From Antechinus flavipes (Eukaryota), in contig NC_067402.1 of NCBI RefSeq assembly GCF_016432865.1, positions 5,580,001-5,644,000 on the forward strand: a DNA stretch of 64,000 bases, read 5' to 3'. Under the pieces are notes generated by a model. That model had not been told where the DNA came from. It ran no database searches and worked only from the letters and a program-made list of their open reading frames with translations. Every line of letters starts with the position of its first letter. The stretch's first letter is position 1. Shown piece by piece: positions 35,216 through 48,420 of the stretch. Both the position numbers and the translations under genes were made by a program.

Positions 35216-38039
35216 TCAAAGTTGTTCTTAGAATACTATTGCTGTTCCTGTGTACAATGTTCTCATGGTTCTGATCACTTTACTCTTCATTATTTTAGAT
35301 ATTAAAATTCCTGGATAAGCCAACTCCCTCTCCCAATGAAGGCCAGAGAACCTCTGTAATTAAATTATATTTTCACAGAATCACCTAAAAGACTTGTTCA
35401 GTTACATGACTTCCTCAAGGTCAGCCAGCCTTTATATTTCAGAGGTGACTTAACTTCAGCTCTCCCTGAGTTTGAGAGCTGATCTTATTCTCCTACATTA
35501 CACCCCTTTTGTGTGAGGGGGACTGTGTATTAAATTAGAATCAAAAGCCAGATTAAAGTCACACAGTGGAGAGTTTGCAGTGCCAACATCAGAAATTTGT
35601 CCTGGACCCTGGAAGTGATAAGGAGCCATAGAGTCTTGGTGTGTGAGGGACAAAAAAGATGAGAACGGTTACTGAGGACAATTATTTTAGCAGATTTACA
35701 AAGGCTGGATTGGAGAAAGAGGAGAGGCTGGAGGCAGAAACATTCGAATGTCAGCTATGAGAAATTCAATGGGTTTATTCTGTAGGGAGTTGAGGTCCTC
35801 AGGGGGGATGTAAGATTTCAATGATGAGGAATATTGATGGGTGCTTATCCTGAAAACTCTCTGAGACTGACTAGTTAAAGGAGTGGGAATAAGTGAGTTT
35901 CCTCCACCTACTCTTGATTTGGGTATTCAAGAGACGTGAAAATTTCTTACCTGGGAAAAACAACGGTGCAAACTCAATAGATGAGAGTCTTAAAACATGA
36001 AAGCCCTAGCATATGTCAATTGTGTTCCATTAAAAAAAACTGGATAATAAAGGATTTTATCCTAACACATGTGTATGAACTCTGGCTGCTTGCATTCATT
36101 TGCATGAGATTTGCAGTTGGTAATTAGACAGTACTTTTCTCTTCCAGGACTTGGAGCTTTTGCAATGATTAGTATTTAATAAAGTCTCTAGAGTACCAAA
36201 CACCAGTGGGAAGGGGGGTATTCTCCTTGGCCACCAAGGCGAGGCTGTGGGCCAGATGTGGCCAGTTCCGTGGCTCTGGTGTGGGTCAAAAGTTTCCTTG
36301 ATGGGCTGCCCTCCAGCACAGCTTGTCAGCAGTCGGGCCTGGCCCTCATTGAAATGCACCCTCACAGTCACACTGCATGTTACAAATATCTGGGAGCTGT
36401 GTGATTAGTTAACATCTTCTGCATAGCCCTTAAAATGATCGCAAGTTCTCAGGAGATAATTAGCTGACTGTTTTTGCAGTCAAGTGAACCCTGGTTCTGC
36501 TATGCCTCCCAGGAACATGGCAAAAAAAGCCTTTAGAACAGAGCTGCTCAAATGCACCCTAAAAACAAAGTCATGAAGGAGCAGATATGGGTCTGCGTTC
36601 CTCTGAGCAGATATCCACATGGAATACAATTTAGGAAATAATTAAGATGCCAGGTGACCCATGTAGTGGAGCCATTTAGTTTTCAATAAAGTTCTCCTTT
36701 CCCCTCCTCAGGTACTGACCAGCATCACTACTAAAATCCTCCTAGTCCTCAGTATGATGTGGGACCCTGAATTCTTCCTCTAGGTCCATATCTATTAAGT
36801 ACTAGCCCTCTGTTGGACTTCAGAAACAGACAGGGATCTGGAGTAGCTTGTCATTGAACACACAACCAGAAGGAGATGCTGGGTCACTGATTAAAGCTCA
36901 AAGAGAATTTAGGGACCAGTGGCTTGGGAAACCCCTGAGTTTTAGAGTTGAGGATATTGAGAATATTGAGGGCCATAACCAGTCATCAAAATGATCGAGT
37001 CATGGAGAATAGGTGAGATGGTCATTTGTATTATGGGTCACAGATCTCTTGAAAAATGAAGGAAACATTACTGGACAAAATATTATAGAATTGAATAGAG
37101 CCTTTGAAGTCATGTGAAGTCTTACATATGAGAAACCTGAGGCTCAAAGTGCTTTCTCCATACTGGAGTTCAAACCCAGATCCTCTGACTCCAATTCGGG
37201 CACTGTTTCCATTATAATCCCAGGTAAGTGAGGAGGGCTTGATGTTCTCTTTTTGAGGACTTTGAGGAATGATAGTGGTTCCAGATGACCCAAGTCCCTC
37301 AGGTTCTGAATGCTTTAGCAGGTTTAAATCTGAGCAAGATGACTTTGGATTTCCAAGATAAACTTCAGGTCTCAAGTCTTGGTTGTCTTTGGATATCTGT
37401 AGAGAACCCCATTGTGTGTCCACTTAAAGCCAAGAACAATGAACTGGAAGGGCATACAGTCCTGAAAGATATATATCATGTTACTGCTTTAAGGCTGATG
37501 AGATACAGGCTATGATCCACTGGTTCTCCTAGCCTAGGGACCCTTTGGGTACCTCCTTCTACCAAAGTGCTCATGTCCAGTTTTAGAGAAAAGATACTTG
37601 ACTTAGTCAGGGATTGAGACATTCATGGCTTACTATCTTAAATTTCTTCTTGTTTACAAAGAGAGGGCACAATTTTCACATAAACCCTCTAAACACCAAA
37701 AGAAGGAAGAAAATTTACACTTAATGGCACAACACACTTAATAGTGTGAATGAAATCCATAACAAGCAACACAAAAACCTAAGGGCTTGATTTTGGTCTG
37801 AAAGGAACCGTGCTAATTAAGTTTTAAATTGAAGATATAACATTCTGACGATGGAACAGGAAGATGGAAGAGATTGAGTCTGGCCATTTTTGGTGCAACT
37901 GCCTGCACTTTATTTAAGTGAAATTACAGCTTCCAAAAGAATTTTTAGTAAAAAGCACCCTTCTGGACATATTAGTCAAGGACTTATGACTTTTTTAAAT
38001 GCCCTTTACATTTTTGTACTTTTTTGGTGATTTGTTTTT

Positions 38040-40425
38040 TCACACTGAATTTATTTATTTATTCAATATTTTCCTTGACTTACTTTCAAAACAATTTTTA
38101 CATTTGTTTTTAAGATTTTTGAGTTCTAGGTTCTCTTCCTATCCCTATCCACAATTAAGAAGCCACATGTGAAGTTAATGAAACATTTCCATAAAAGTCA
38201 ACTTATGGAAGAAAACATAGATTTCCCTTCATAAGGAAAATAAAAACCCTCAAGAAAAATTAAGTCAAAAAGAGATAGAGAGAGAAAGAGAGAATGCTTC
38301 AGTCTATATTGAGACACAATCAGTTCCTTCTTTGGGTATGAATAGAATTTTTCATCAAAAGTCCCTGAGAGTAGTTGTGGATGATTGTGCTACTGAGAAT
38401 AACACAGTCATTTAGAGCTGATCATTCCCAGAACATTGCTATTATTTTGTATACAGTATATTTCACTTTGTTCATGGAGGACTTTCCAGATGGCTTTGTT
38501 TCCCTGAGTGTATCCTCCTCATCATTTCCCAGAAAATGATAATATTCCATTACAAACCCATACCACAGTTTATTGAGCCATTCCCCAATTGATGTCATTC
38601 TCTCGATTTTCTTTCTTTCTTTCTTTTTTCTTTTTTTGTCCTGAGAAGAAAGCTGCTATGAAAATTTTTTGTATATATAGATCATTTTTCTTTTTTGGAT
38701 TTTTTTTACAATTTTTTTTTGGTATTTTTACCTAGTTTTCATGGTGCTGTTCATTAAAGGATATGCAGGAATTTATAGCCCTTTGGGCACAGATCATATC
38801 TTTTGACCAGTTGTCAATTGGGACATGATTCTTATTTTTTATTTATTTGACTCATTTCCCTTTGTGTTTGAGAAATGAGGTCTTAGAGAAACTTGCTTCA
38901 AAGTTTTTTTTCTATAATTACTATTGCTAATTGTATTTTTCCCATTTATTCTTTCTCCTTTCACTCAGTCCCTCCTCAAAAGTGTTTAGTGTTTTGGTAT
39001 TGATCACTCTATCTCCTAATATGCCTTCTTTTTTCATCCCTCCCCCTTCCCAGATCCCATTGCCCTCCTATTTTCCTCCAGGCTAAGATAGATGTGTATA
39101 ACTCTGTTGAGTATGTATGTTATTTCCTATTGGAACCAATTCTGATGAGAGGAAGGTTCACTCCTTCTCCCTCTTCTCTCCTTTCCCCCCTCCACTTTTT
39201 CTTGCCTCTTTTTTATGGCAGATAATTTGCACCATTCCACTTTCCCCTTTTCCTTTCTCCCAGTAAATCTATTCCTTATCCATTAATTACATTTTAAAAA
39301 AAGATATTTTCCCTTTCTCACATCTATGACCTCTGTCTATATACACTCCTCTAACCGCCACAATAATGAGAACATTGTAGTGAGTTACAAGTATCATCCT
39401 CCCATGTAGGAAGGCAAATAGATAAACCTTGTGAAGTGCCTTCTAATTCCACTTTCCTGATTATCCCCTCATATTCTCCAGAGTCCTATATTTGAAAATG
39501 AAAATTTCCATTCAGCTCTGGTGTTTTCATCTTGAAGCTTCAAAATCTTCTATTTCATTGAATGATCATCTTTTCCTCTGAAGGATGATACTCAGTTTTG
39601 CCAGGTAGATGATTCTTGTTTGCAATCCCAGCCCCATTGCTCTCCAAAATATAATATTCCAAGTTCTCTGGTCCTTTAATGGAGAAGCTGCTGAATCTTC
39701 TGTTATCCTGACTGTAGTTCCACCATACTTGAAATGTTTCTTTTAGGATGCTTGCAATATTTTCTCCTTGACCTGGGAGTTCTGGAATTTGGGTGTAATA
39801 TTCCTGGGAGTTTTGATTTTGGTATCTCTTTCAGGAAGTGATTGATAGATTTTTTTTTTAGTTTCTATTTTACTCTCCTTTTCTAGAATATCAGGATAAT
39901 TTTCCATTGAAAATTTCTTGTAAAATTATGGTCAGGATCTTTTTTTGATGGTGACTTTCAGATATACCAATACATTTCAAATGATCTCTCCTGGCTCTAT
40001 TTTCTAGGTCAGTTGTTTTTCCGATGAGATATTTCACATGTTTTTCTATTTTTCCACTGACACTGGGGTCCAGGCTGGAGCTGGGGTCAGACTTACCTTT
40101 CTGCTGAACTTTCAGATCCTCTTTGGTGTCTCTGGGCTGAGAGATTTGGGAGCCATGAGTAATGCTGCTGATTCTGAGGTCCGGCCTGGGATGGGGTTTG
40201 GGGTCTGGGGGGCTAGCACCAGGACTTAATGCTAGCCTCCCACCCTGGTGCCTCAGACTTTTCTGCTGAGCTTCTAAGTGGATTTTGGCTGGAAAGTATT
40301 CTATTCCATCTTTTTGGGTATTCCAATGCTCTAAAATTTGTTTAGTCATTATGAAAAGGATTTGGAGCAGTTTGGGGGAGAGGTTGGGAGAGTTCCTGCC
40401 TTTACTCTACCATCTTGGCTCCACC
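38040..40425 (-). mobile_element. Compact L1 derivative (HAL1-like or internally deleted L1), 2.4 kb, TSD-flanked
   Basis: 5' start GGTGGAGCCAAGATGG at 40425. ORF1p remnants DLENRARRDHLKCIG and KTPRNITPKFQNSQVKEKILQA. Only short ORF2 C-terminal remnants at ~38480-38900, then 3' UTR. TGGTGATTTGTTTTT at 38025-38039 and 40426-40440. Confidence 0.85.
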
Positions 40426-41379
40426 TGGTGATTTGTTTTTCAAAACAGTTTATTATATAAGCAAGAAAAAATCAACTGCCCCGCTTCTAAGAAGTGTAAG
40501 AAAGGAGGAAGTAGGATCAAACAGGGAAACATTCTATTACTGAAAATTTCCTATGGAGACTCTTGAGTTCACTTTAGCTTCTGGAATGGTTTCTCTAGTC
40601 TCACAGATGGACCTTTTTTTTTTAAACACTGAATGATGCTGCACCCTGGTCAAAAGCAAAACAAGCAAAAGTTCTTCTTTGTCCCAATGGCCCTCTCAGC
40701 ACAACTTGGTACTCTTTGCTTTTGTGCATTCTCATAAGACTAGACATGGGGTAATTGGGTGAGATTGATTATGAGTGGTCAGCTCACAGCCTTTAGTTAT
40801 AGTGACAAAGAATCATTTGTGAAGAAGGAACAGTCAAGACACTTACTGGAGATGGGAATCCAGGTCAGAATGTGGGGAAGCTCTAGGGTAGAAGAGACTG
40901 GCCACATATGGCTCTTTTTTTTTTTATTTGAAAAAAGCATCGAGAGATAACCAGGGAAACACCTTAAGTTGAAAAGTAGGATAAACAATGAATAAATACC
41001 AATGGTACCATCGAGGTACCAGGTGTCATAGGCTCTAAAATAAAAAGCAAAGACACAAAGATTGAAGAAGCTGGGAGAGATGCCCCGGCCTTTATAAAAT
41101 TACTACATGCAATTGTCATCCAAAGGGCCAGCTCAATGTGGAACTTTGTGTAAAAGAGGCAGTTGGCCACACTGCTCCTCAAAATATATCAGGGTTCATT
41201 CATCATCAGCACTGTTTAGTGGAACTAATGAGAGAGCATTGGACTTTATCAGACCCATTCTTTTCACATCTTCTCCTTGACAGTCCTTTCACACCACAAG
41301 TCTCAAACTCAGTCATTATCGTCTTGAAAATCCTGACCATCCCCATTTTCTCTATTTCTATTTTTGCTGCTCCAACTTA

Positions 41380-41990
41380 CTAAACTGATAATCTTCAACT
41401 CCTTCCTCTTCCTATCACCACAAATCCTATTAATTGTCAGTCTTGATGATTCTACTACCAAAATCTCTCATACCCATTGTCCCGTTGAAGACTACCTAAT
41501 TTCATGTTATTGTCTCTCCTTGCCTAAACTAATATAACAGACTGCTTCCTGGTCTTTCTGCTTTCAGTATAATAATAAAAAAAATTATTACTCCCTGAGT
41601 GGGCCATCCTTTGGTCTCTCCCCAATACCAATATCATAAAAATTGACCACTGATACTCCCATATTCTGTCACAGCCTGACCCTAGCCTAAAGTCTGACTC
41701 TAGCCTACTGTCATGACTTATTATCTTTGAACATTCCTTTTCTCCTCAAAAACAAATAAATTTCTGATCCTTTTTCCATTCTACTTTTTCCCTTCTCCAC
41801 ATCTCTGTTCATGCCCTCCCTCCTGCCTGAAATAAATTCTCCTCATTTTATCCATGTTAATCTTATGAATGTCATGCCTTTCAACCTTCCACTCAGCTGG
41901 CTCAGAGGACTCCTCTATGGCTCACTGCACAAATGGGATTTCTCCTTCCTTTAGTTTCTTCTAGCATTTTACTTGGATTTCTTGCTTATT
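41380..41990 (+). mobile_element. Degraded L2 3' region
   Basis: 'caactccttcctcttcctatcacc...tctcttgcctaaactaatataacag...ctgttcatgccctccctcctgcctgaaat' follows the L2 3' pattern. Confidence 0.55.
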
Positions 41991-44220
41991 CAAACAAATT
42001 ATAGACTTCTGTTGGTGGATGACATGATGTTTATGGGCTCAATCCCAAGACCATACAAGTATTTCCCAATGATATTTATCATCTCCTAAAAGACTGGCCC
42101 AGCAATCCACAATGGATAAAGACAAAATGGAAGGAAAAATGCACATTGGCCAGATTAGAATACACAGGTTCACTTGATTGGATGGATGACTGTCTTGGAT
42201 GCTATGATGTTACATCCTGGGGTTCTCTTTGTGGGAACTCATGCAAGCAGCATCTCAGCTCCTGGAGGCTATCAGCAATAATCCCATTTTACTACCTTCC
42301 CTACAACCTGCCCACTCACACAGCATATCACCACCAGCCCCACCACATATGCTATACTCTCTGCTGAAAAAAAAAACCTAGTATCTGCACAGATTCACTC
42401 CCAACAATTACAAATCGTCTCTCTTAACTCCATGCCTTGTACCTTTATTTTATACTTGTATCTGACTTCAAACCATCTACTCACAGTCACACTTTGTGTG
42501 ACTCTCAATGCTTAGTTATTAGGAAGTGGGTTTCCAAAGTTCTTCCACACTCAAGTCACCCTCCAGGGGAAAAAAAGACTAGATAAAATCAAAAGGTTCA
42601 GCCAATTCGAGAATCAAACCAGTCGTGGATGGGTCATAGGAGAATGACCAGGGCTTCCACATCCTAGGCTCTGAATTAAAGTAGGGATCTATGTTTGAGA
42701 GGTCAGTGTGATTAACAATAACATGATAACTGGCGCTACTGACAGAAAAAATGATGGGCAAGGTTTGACATCAAAATTCAACTTTATTCTGTGGGAAGTT
42801 GAGGTCTCAGGCCTGATCAAGGACCAGAACCAATGAATCAACACATCAGCAAGCATTTATTTAGCAGTCACTGGATACCTAGGTCCTGTGGCAAACTCTG
42901 GCAATTTAAAAAGAAAATGAACACTTCCAGCCCTCGATGCCATTCCGTTCTCATGGAAAAATCACCTATATAAATCAGGACATTCAAAGATAAATATAGA
43001 CCAGGTGAATGATAACCTTAGAGCAGATGGTACCAGCAAGGGGGGGAGGGCAGGGCTGCAATGGAGCAAAAAACACTGTGGCTTGATTTTTTCTGTTTCT
43101 CCAAGGCATGACTGGTTAAACCAGATGCAGACATCTGTAGCAGTGTGGGAATTCTCTCCATTCAGACCTTCCCCTTCTCGGGAGTGTCCCTGGGAATAAG
43201 GGAGCCCTCAAGAGTGAAAGAGTAATGTACCGCAGAATTCAAGGACCGCCAGAGCTGGATCAAACTCTATGTCTGACTCTGAGCAAGTGAGTTAGTTTGT
43301 CTGGGCCTCTGTTCTCTCATCTGTGAAATGAAGACCAAAGCACCCCGATACCGTTCTCCCAAAGCTGCTGTGATGATCCAGTGAGATAATCCATAGAAAG
43401 TACTCACAAATGCAAAGTGCTTTTCCAGTGTCAGCAAGTATTATTTTAAAAGAGAAATGCTAGGAAAGCAATAGTTTAGTGCTCCAAATATGAGCTACCC
43501 CCTCCTCAAACTATTTCATGTAAGAACAGATTGCAGCTTGTAATTAGTGTTATTTTTCTCTCTCTGTGTATATATGTATGTATAGCTACTCCTACCTATC
43601 TAGACATAGAAAGATATACATATATATTTCCCACTATATATATATATATACACACACATATATATGTATGTGTATAGCTAGATAGAGATATAGATAGACA
43701 GAAATTTGGAAAGGAGAAATATATGCATATAATTCTTTCTTTTAAATACATTTTATTTTGAGGTGTGGCCTACATTTAAACCAATAAATTTCTTTCAGTC
43801 TTTACATTTTAAAATAATCATTTTTAATCCCGTTTTCATCATAGATTATAGTTACAAATCATTTCAAGACTAGACAGAACTGTGTGAAATGAAATAAGAG
43901 GTTCAGAAGCAGTAACATAACAAAGGTGTTTCATATACTCATAATGTACTTACGTGATCATGTATAGAGACCACATAATTTGGTCTTGCACAGAAAATAA
44001 TAATAATACTTATTATTATAACAGTAACCATGAAAAAAACTCACCATTGAAAAATAGCTTGAAGAGATTCTAGTCTAATCCATAGCGGATCCCCTAATAG
44101 TTTTTAGAGCATCCCTGAACTTTTGGGATAAAGAACCCAGTCCCTTTCAAGGCAGCCTATTTCTTCCTCTGGCATAGAATGAATAATTATGAATTAAAAT
44201 TTTAATTCTGCAACTTCTCT

Positions 44221-44444
44221 NNNNNNNNNNNNNNNNNNNNNNNNNNNNNNNNNNNNNNNNNNNNNNNNNNNNNNNNNNNNNNNNNNNNNNNNNNNNNNNN
44301 NNNNNNNNNNNNNNNNNNNNNNNNNNNNNNNNNNNNNNNNNNNNNNNNNNNNNNNNNNNNNNNNNNNNNNNNNNNNNNNNNNNNNNNNNNNNNNNNNNNN
44401 NNNNNNNNNNNNNNNNNNNNNNNNNNNNNNNNNNNNNNNNNNNN
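44221..44444. other. Assembly gap (N run)
   Basis: N bases. Confidence 1.
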
Positions 44445-44519
44445 ATGAAGCATACTTAAAAATTAGGGTTAGTATTTGAAATGGAATTAGGATTAATTGT
44501 AACCCTAATTTTGTTTCTT

Positions 44520-44870
44520 GTCCAAGAGGACAGCCACCCAATAGCCATATTCTTCCCTTATTCTTTCCCTTCTTGTCTAGGACAAATTGTCATTTTAGCC
44601 AATCTTCACACCAGTTTATCTCCAGTCTTGTCTTCATCTGGGTTACCCTATTCTTGACATTCAGTAGTTTTCCAATTTTCTTTCTAAAGTTTGGTGCCCA
44701 GGTCTAAAGACTGCATTCCAAGGTGATCTCTGGCCCAACAGAATTACCACAGAACTTTCATCTTCATATTTCTGGGCCCTCTGACTTGCATGAGGCAGGT
44801 TTAAATTGACCACATTAACTTTTGGTGTGGGAGAAGACTCTTTTGTCAGCTTATTAACTCATATTGAGTT
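44520..44870 (-). mobile_element. CR1/L3 fragment
   Basis: 'ccagtttatc...ttccaattttctttctaaagtttggtgcccag...ctgcattcca' is the reverse complement of the CR1 LEYCVQFWAPHF.KDIDKL region. Confidence 0.55.
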
Positions 44871-45274
44871 TGGAGTCCAAACCTCATATTTCCCCCCCCC
44901 AAAAAACCCAAAACAAAACAAAAGAGTCATGTAGCCATTTCTCCTTCGTACTATACTTTTGCATTTGAATTTTTCAAACCAACTTATTGGCCGTGCAAAT
45001 TATTCCATTTTAAAAGATGAAAACACCTTTAACTTCTAAATGGTATTTCCATTAAGGAGACTTGGGGAGGCCTCCAATCTTTCCCATAGGGGAAGCATTG
45101 ATTTGGGTCCAGGAGAAAGAATGAAGAGTCAGGATCATTGTCTACCCTCCAGCTAAATTTAATGAACTGCCTGGGTTAACACCCCATTTGGGTTATTGTC
45201 CCAACATAAACAGCAGGGAGGGAGAAGTTGTTGCTGAGATAAAAATGAACACTTTTAAACAAATTGCCCTAAAG

Positions 45275-45350
45275 CAGGGTTTCTTAAACTTTTTCCACTT
45301 GTAACCCCTTTTCGCCCAAGAAATCTTTACATGATCCCAGGTATACAGAT
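45275..45350 (+). mobile_element. hAT/Charlie-type MITE, 5' fragment
   Basis: 'cagggtttcttaaactttttccacttgtaaccccttttcgcccaagaaatctttac' resembles the start of the element at 63073. Confidence 0.55.
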
Positions 45351-46599
45351 ATATGTAATATAAAAATATATATGTATATATACATATATATTGCAATAAC
45401 TCCGAGAACATCTTATAAAAACACTGGGATTCACCTGTGGAGAAGGCTGAGATGCAAAAGATGGAAATGACAACAAAGAGCATCAAGCAGTTCAGCGCAT
45501 GACATTAGTAACCAAGAGAAGAAAGATAGCAGCTGGTTTGCAGAGAAGTAACCATCCAGTGGGAGATAGCAGCACTAGGGCAGTGAGTTCTTGTTGCTAC
45601 AAAGGTTCCATATGCATATTCCCCTCTCCCACATGTTCTGTATTCTACCAGGAGAATTGGGTCTTCTCTTGTCATTTATCTTAACATTTTATTTAATTGA
45701 GTATTTTTTATTGGAGTCACCATCTTCTTTGTTTAAAGTTTTTTTAAAGCGTTAAAGGAAGCTCTCTGGTTGTGCTTTTGAAAGGTTATTGATCCCAGCG
45801 TGGCTTGAACTCAGATGTAACTTTTTGGGGTCCTTGATTGATGTTCACCCGTTCTCTTGTAATCACTAGCTTCCTTTCATATGCCCTTAGTCATAGAGAA
45901 TCATTTTAGCTTTTCAGAAACAGAAGAAGAGAGATTCATGGTCTGTAATGAAGAAGGACAGGAATGAAAAGAAGCAAAAAAAGAGACAGTATCTAACTAT
46001 GTCTAAAAGCTAATGCAATTCATTAAGTCAAAGTACATGAGAGCAGGACATGTCAATATGTAATGTATACAGATTTATGCAAAATAGTATGCAAATCACT
46101 TACCAGCATCATGATTCTGAGAGTTGGCAATGTTCAGATTCATTGATGATCATTTCATATTCTCCTGTTCCTCTGCTTGGCATTAGCATTATATTTTCGA
46201 CATTGCAGAAGATTCATTGGAAGATGGAGTGTTAGAGAAGAAGAAACTGATTCTCAGAGGAGGGAAGCAATGTGTATTACTAATAGAACTGGGGCTGGAA
46301 TTGAGTTCTTCTGAACTGTGAGCAAAATTTTAAAAAGAATGTAAAAGGAAAAAAAATTAAAGAAAGATGGTTCCCCGTGGATCATGTAAAAGGGCTCCCA
46401 GACTCATAGAGGAAGAAATAGTGATGTTGATTTGTCTTGAAAGGTACCTCACAATTTTTTTGTTATCACACCCATTTGGAAAACACATTTAAAATGCTCA
46501 AAGTTCTCTGGTTTTCCACAAGTTTTCATCTGCCATGTGTTTATTGATTTTTATACATACTAATCACAAATCTTTCTACTTGGATTCAAGTCAACAAAA

Positions 46600-48420
46600 T
46601 TTTTTTATATAATTACTACTTGCAAGGCAGTTCTTACTAGATTGAACTCTTAGGATGTAACAAAAGAGCAAACAATTCTATTATAAAGGAACTTATAGTC
46701 TAAGAGAGGAGACATAGAAATAATGGTATATAGATAAGATGGATGCAGGATAAGTTGGAGATAACCTCAGAGGGAAGATACTAACATTAAGGAGGATGGG
46801 AATGTCTTCTTGCTAAATCTGGGAATTAAGCTGAAACTTGAAGGAATCCAGAAAAGATAGAAGATTAGTAGGGAGAGAGGAGAGAAAGAACAGTGAACGT
46901 ATCCAGAGTTGGGAAATGGATGGTTGTGAGAACAGCAAAGAGGTCAGTCACTGGATCAAGGAATATTGAGATGGAGAGAGTAAGGGATAGCATTGTCTGT
47001 GAGAAGGTCATGCTATGAAAGACCTTGAGTGCCAAAAAGAGGATTTCATATTTGATAATGGAGGTTGATTCGACTAGAGTTGATTCAATGTGTGTGTGTG
47101 TGTGTGTGTATGTGAGACATAGATTTGTACTTTAGAATGATTAATTTGAAGCTGGGTAGAAGATGGAATGGAATGAGAAGAGGCTTAAGATAAGGAAACA
47201 AACCAACAGGTTACTTCAGGAGTTCAGAAAGAGATGAAGAGGAACTGCATCAGGATGTTGACTATGTGAGAAAAGTGAATAAGGCATAAAAAAACAATAT
47301 GGAAGCACAATTCACAAGTCTTGTCCACTAATTGGACGGGGGAATGAGAGGGAGTAAGGAATCAAAGATGACATACTTAAGTTGTGTGCTCGGGTGTCTG
47401 GGAGAAGTCATATCTTCTAAATTAATACTAAAATTTAGGAGAGGAGAAGATTTGAGGAAAGAAATATTGAGTTCAGTTTTAGATACAGTGACTTAAAAAT
47501 ATCTACAATACATTCAATGTGAAATGTCTAATAAGCAGTTAAAGAAATAAGACTAAAGTTAATAGAGAGGATAGGATTGAATAAGGGAACTTGAAAATTA
47601 TCTGCCTGCAGATAATGATTAATACCACGATCACCTATGTGATCATCAAGAAAAAAATTATTGTAAAGGAAGAAAATCAATCAATCAATCAATAAACCTT
47701 TATCAAAAATCTATTATGTGGTAGGTATTGTGCTAAGCACTAAGAATACAGAGATGCAAAAAACAATCCTGATCCTTGAAAAGTTTACAAGATAATGGAG
47801 AATAAGAGAAGTCCAGAATAGAACTTTGATTCATACAATATCTGAGTGAGTGAGAACTAGTGGGAGATCCAGCAAAAGAAACTATAAAAGAAATCATCAA
47901 ATGGTGAGAAGGGGAACTAGAGAATAGCAGTGTCATCCTTCTCCCCCCCCCAAAAAAAAAACCTAGAGAAAAGGGGATATTATGGAGAGGAAGGTGATTT
48001 ACTCTACCAAATATTGTAGAGAAGTCAAGAAGGATAAGGATTGACAGTAGACCATTAGGTTTAGCTATTAAGAGATCATTGATGACTTTGTAGAGAACAC
48101 TGTCTTTCAATTGAATGATGAGGTCAAAATCTAGATAATAGAGACAAGAACAAAGTGAGAGGAAAGGAAGTAGAGTCATTGCCTATAGATGGTTTCAAAA
48201 AAATTAACCACAGAAGAGGGAAGAGATAAAAGACAAAAATAAGTGGAGATGAATGAATCAAGTAAAGATTTTTGTTGTTGTGTTTTGTTTTGTTTTTAGT
48301 ATGAGTCATGGTCATGGTCTCGTTTGTAGACAAAGTTGCAAACAGTAGTTAAAGAGATTGAAGACTGATGATATAGTAGGGAAAAAAGAGGGGACAATCT
48401 GCTGGAAAAGATAGAAATAA
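46600..48420 (-). mobile_element. L2 element(s) including an RT remnant
   Basis: ORF 47733-48179 contains LYKVINDLLIAKPNGLLSILILLDFSTIFGRVNH, resembling L2 RT ALLKVTNDLLIAKSNG..SILILLDLSAAFDTVDH; an L2 3' tail '(aatc)n aataaac' sits at ~47680. Confidence 0.75.

Noticed and set aside
42280-42365. C/A-rich stretch considered as a NUMT
   Set aside because: No mitochondrial protein, tRNA or rRNA motif recognised.
47733-48179. 148-aa ORF as a host gene
   Set aside because: Contains L2 reverse-transcriptase motifs; it is a TE relic.
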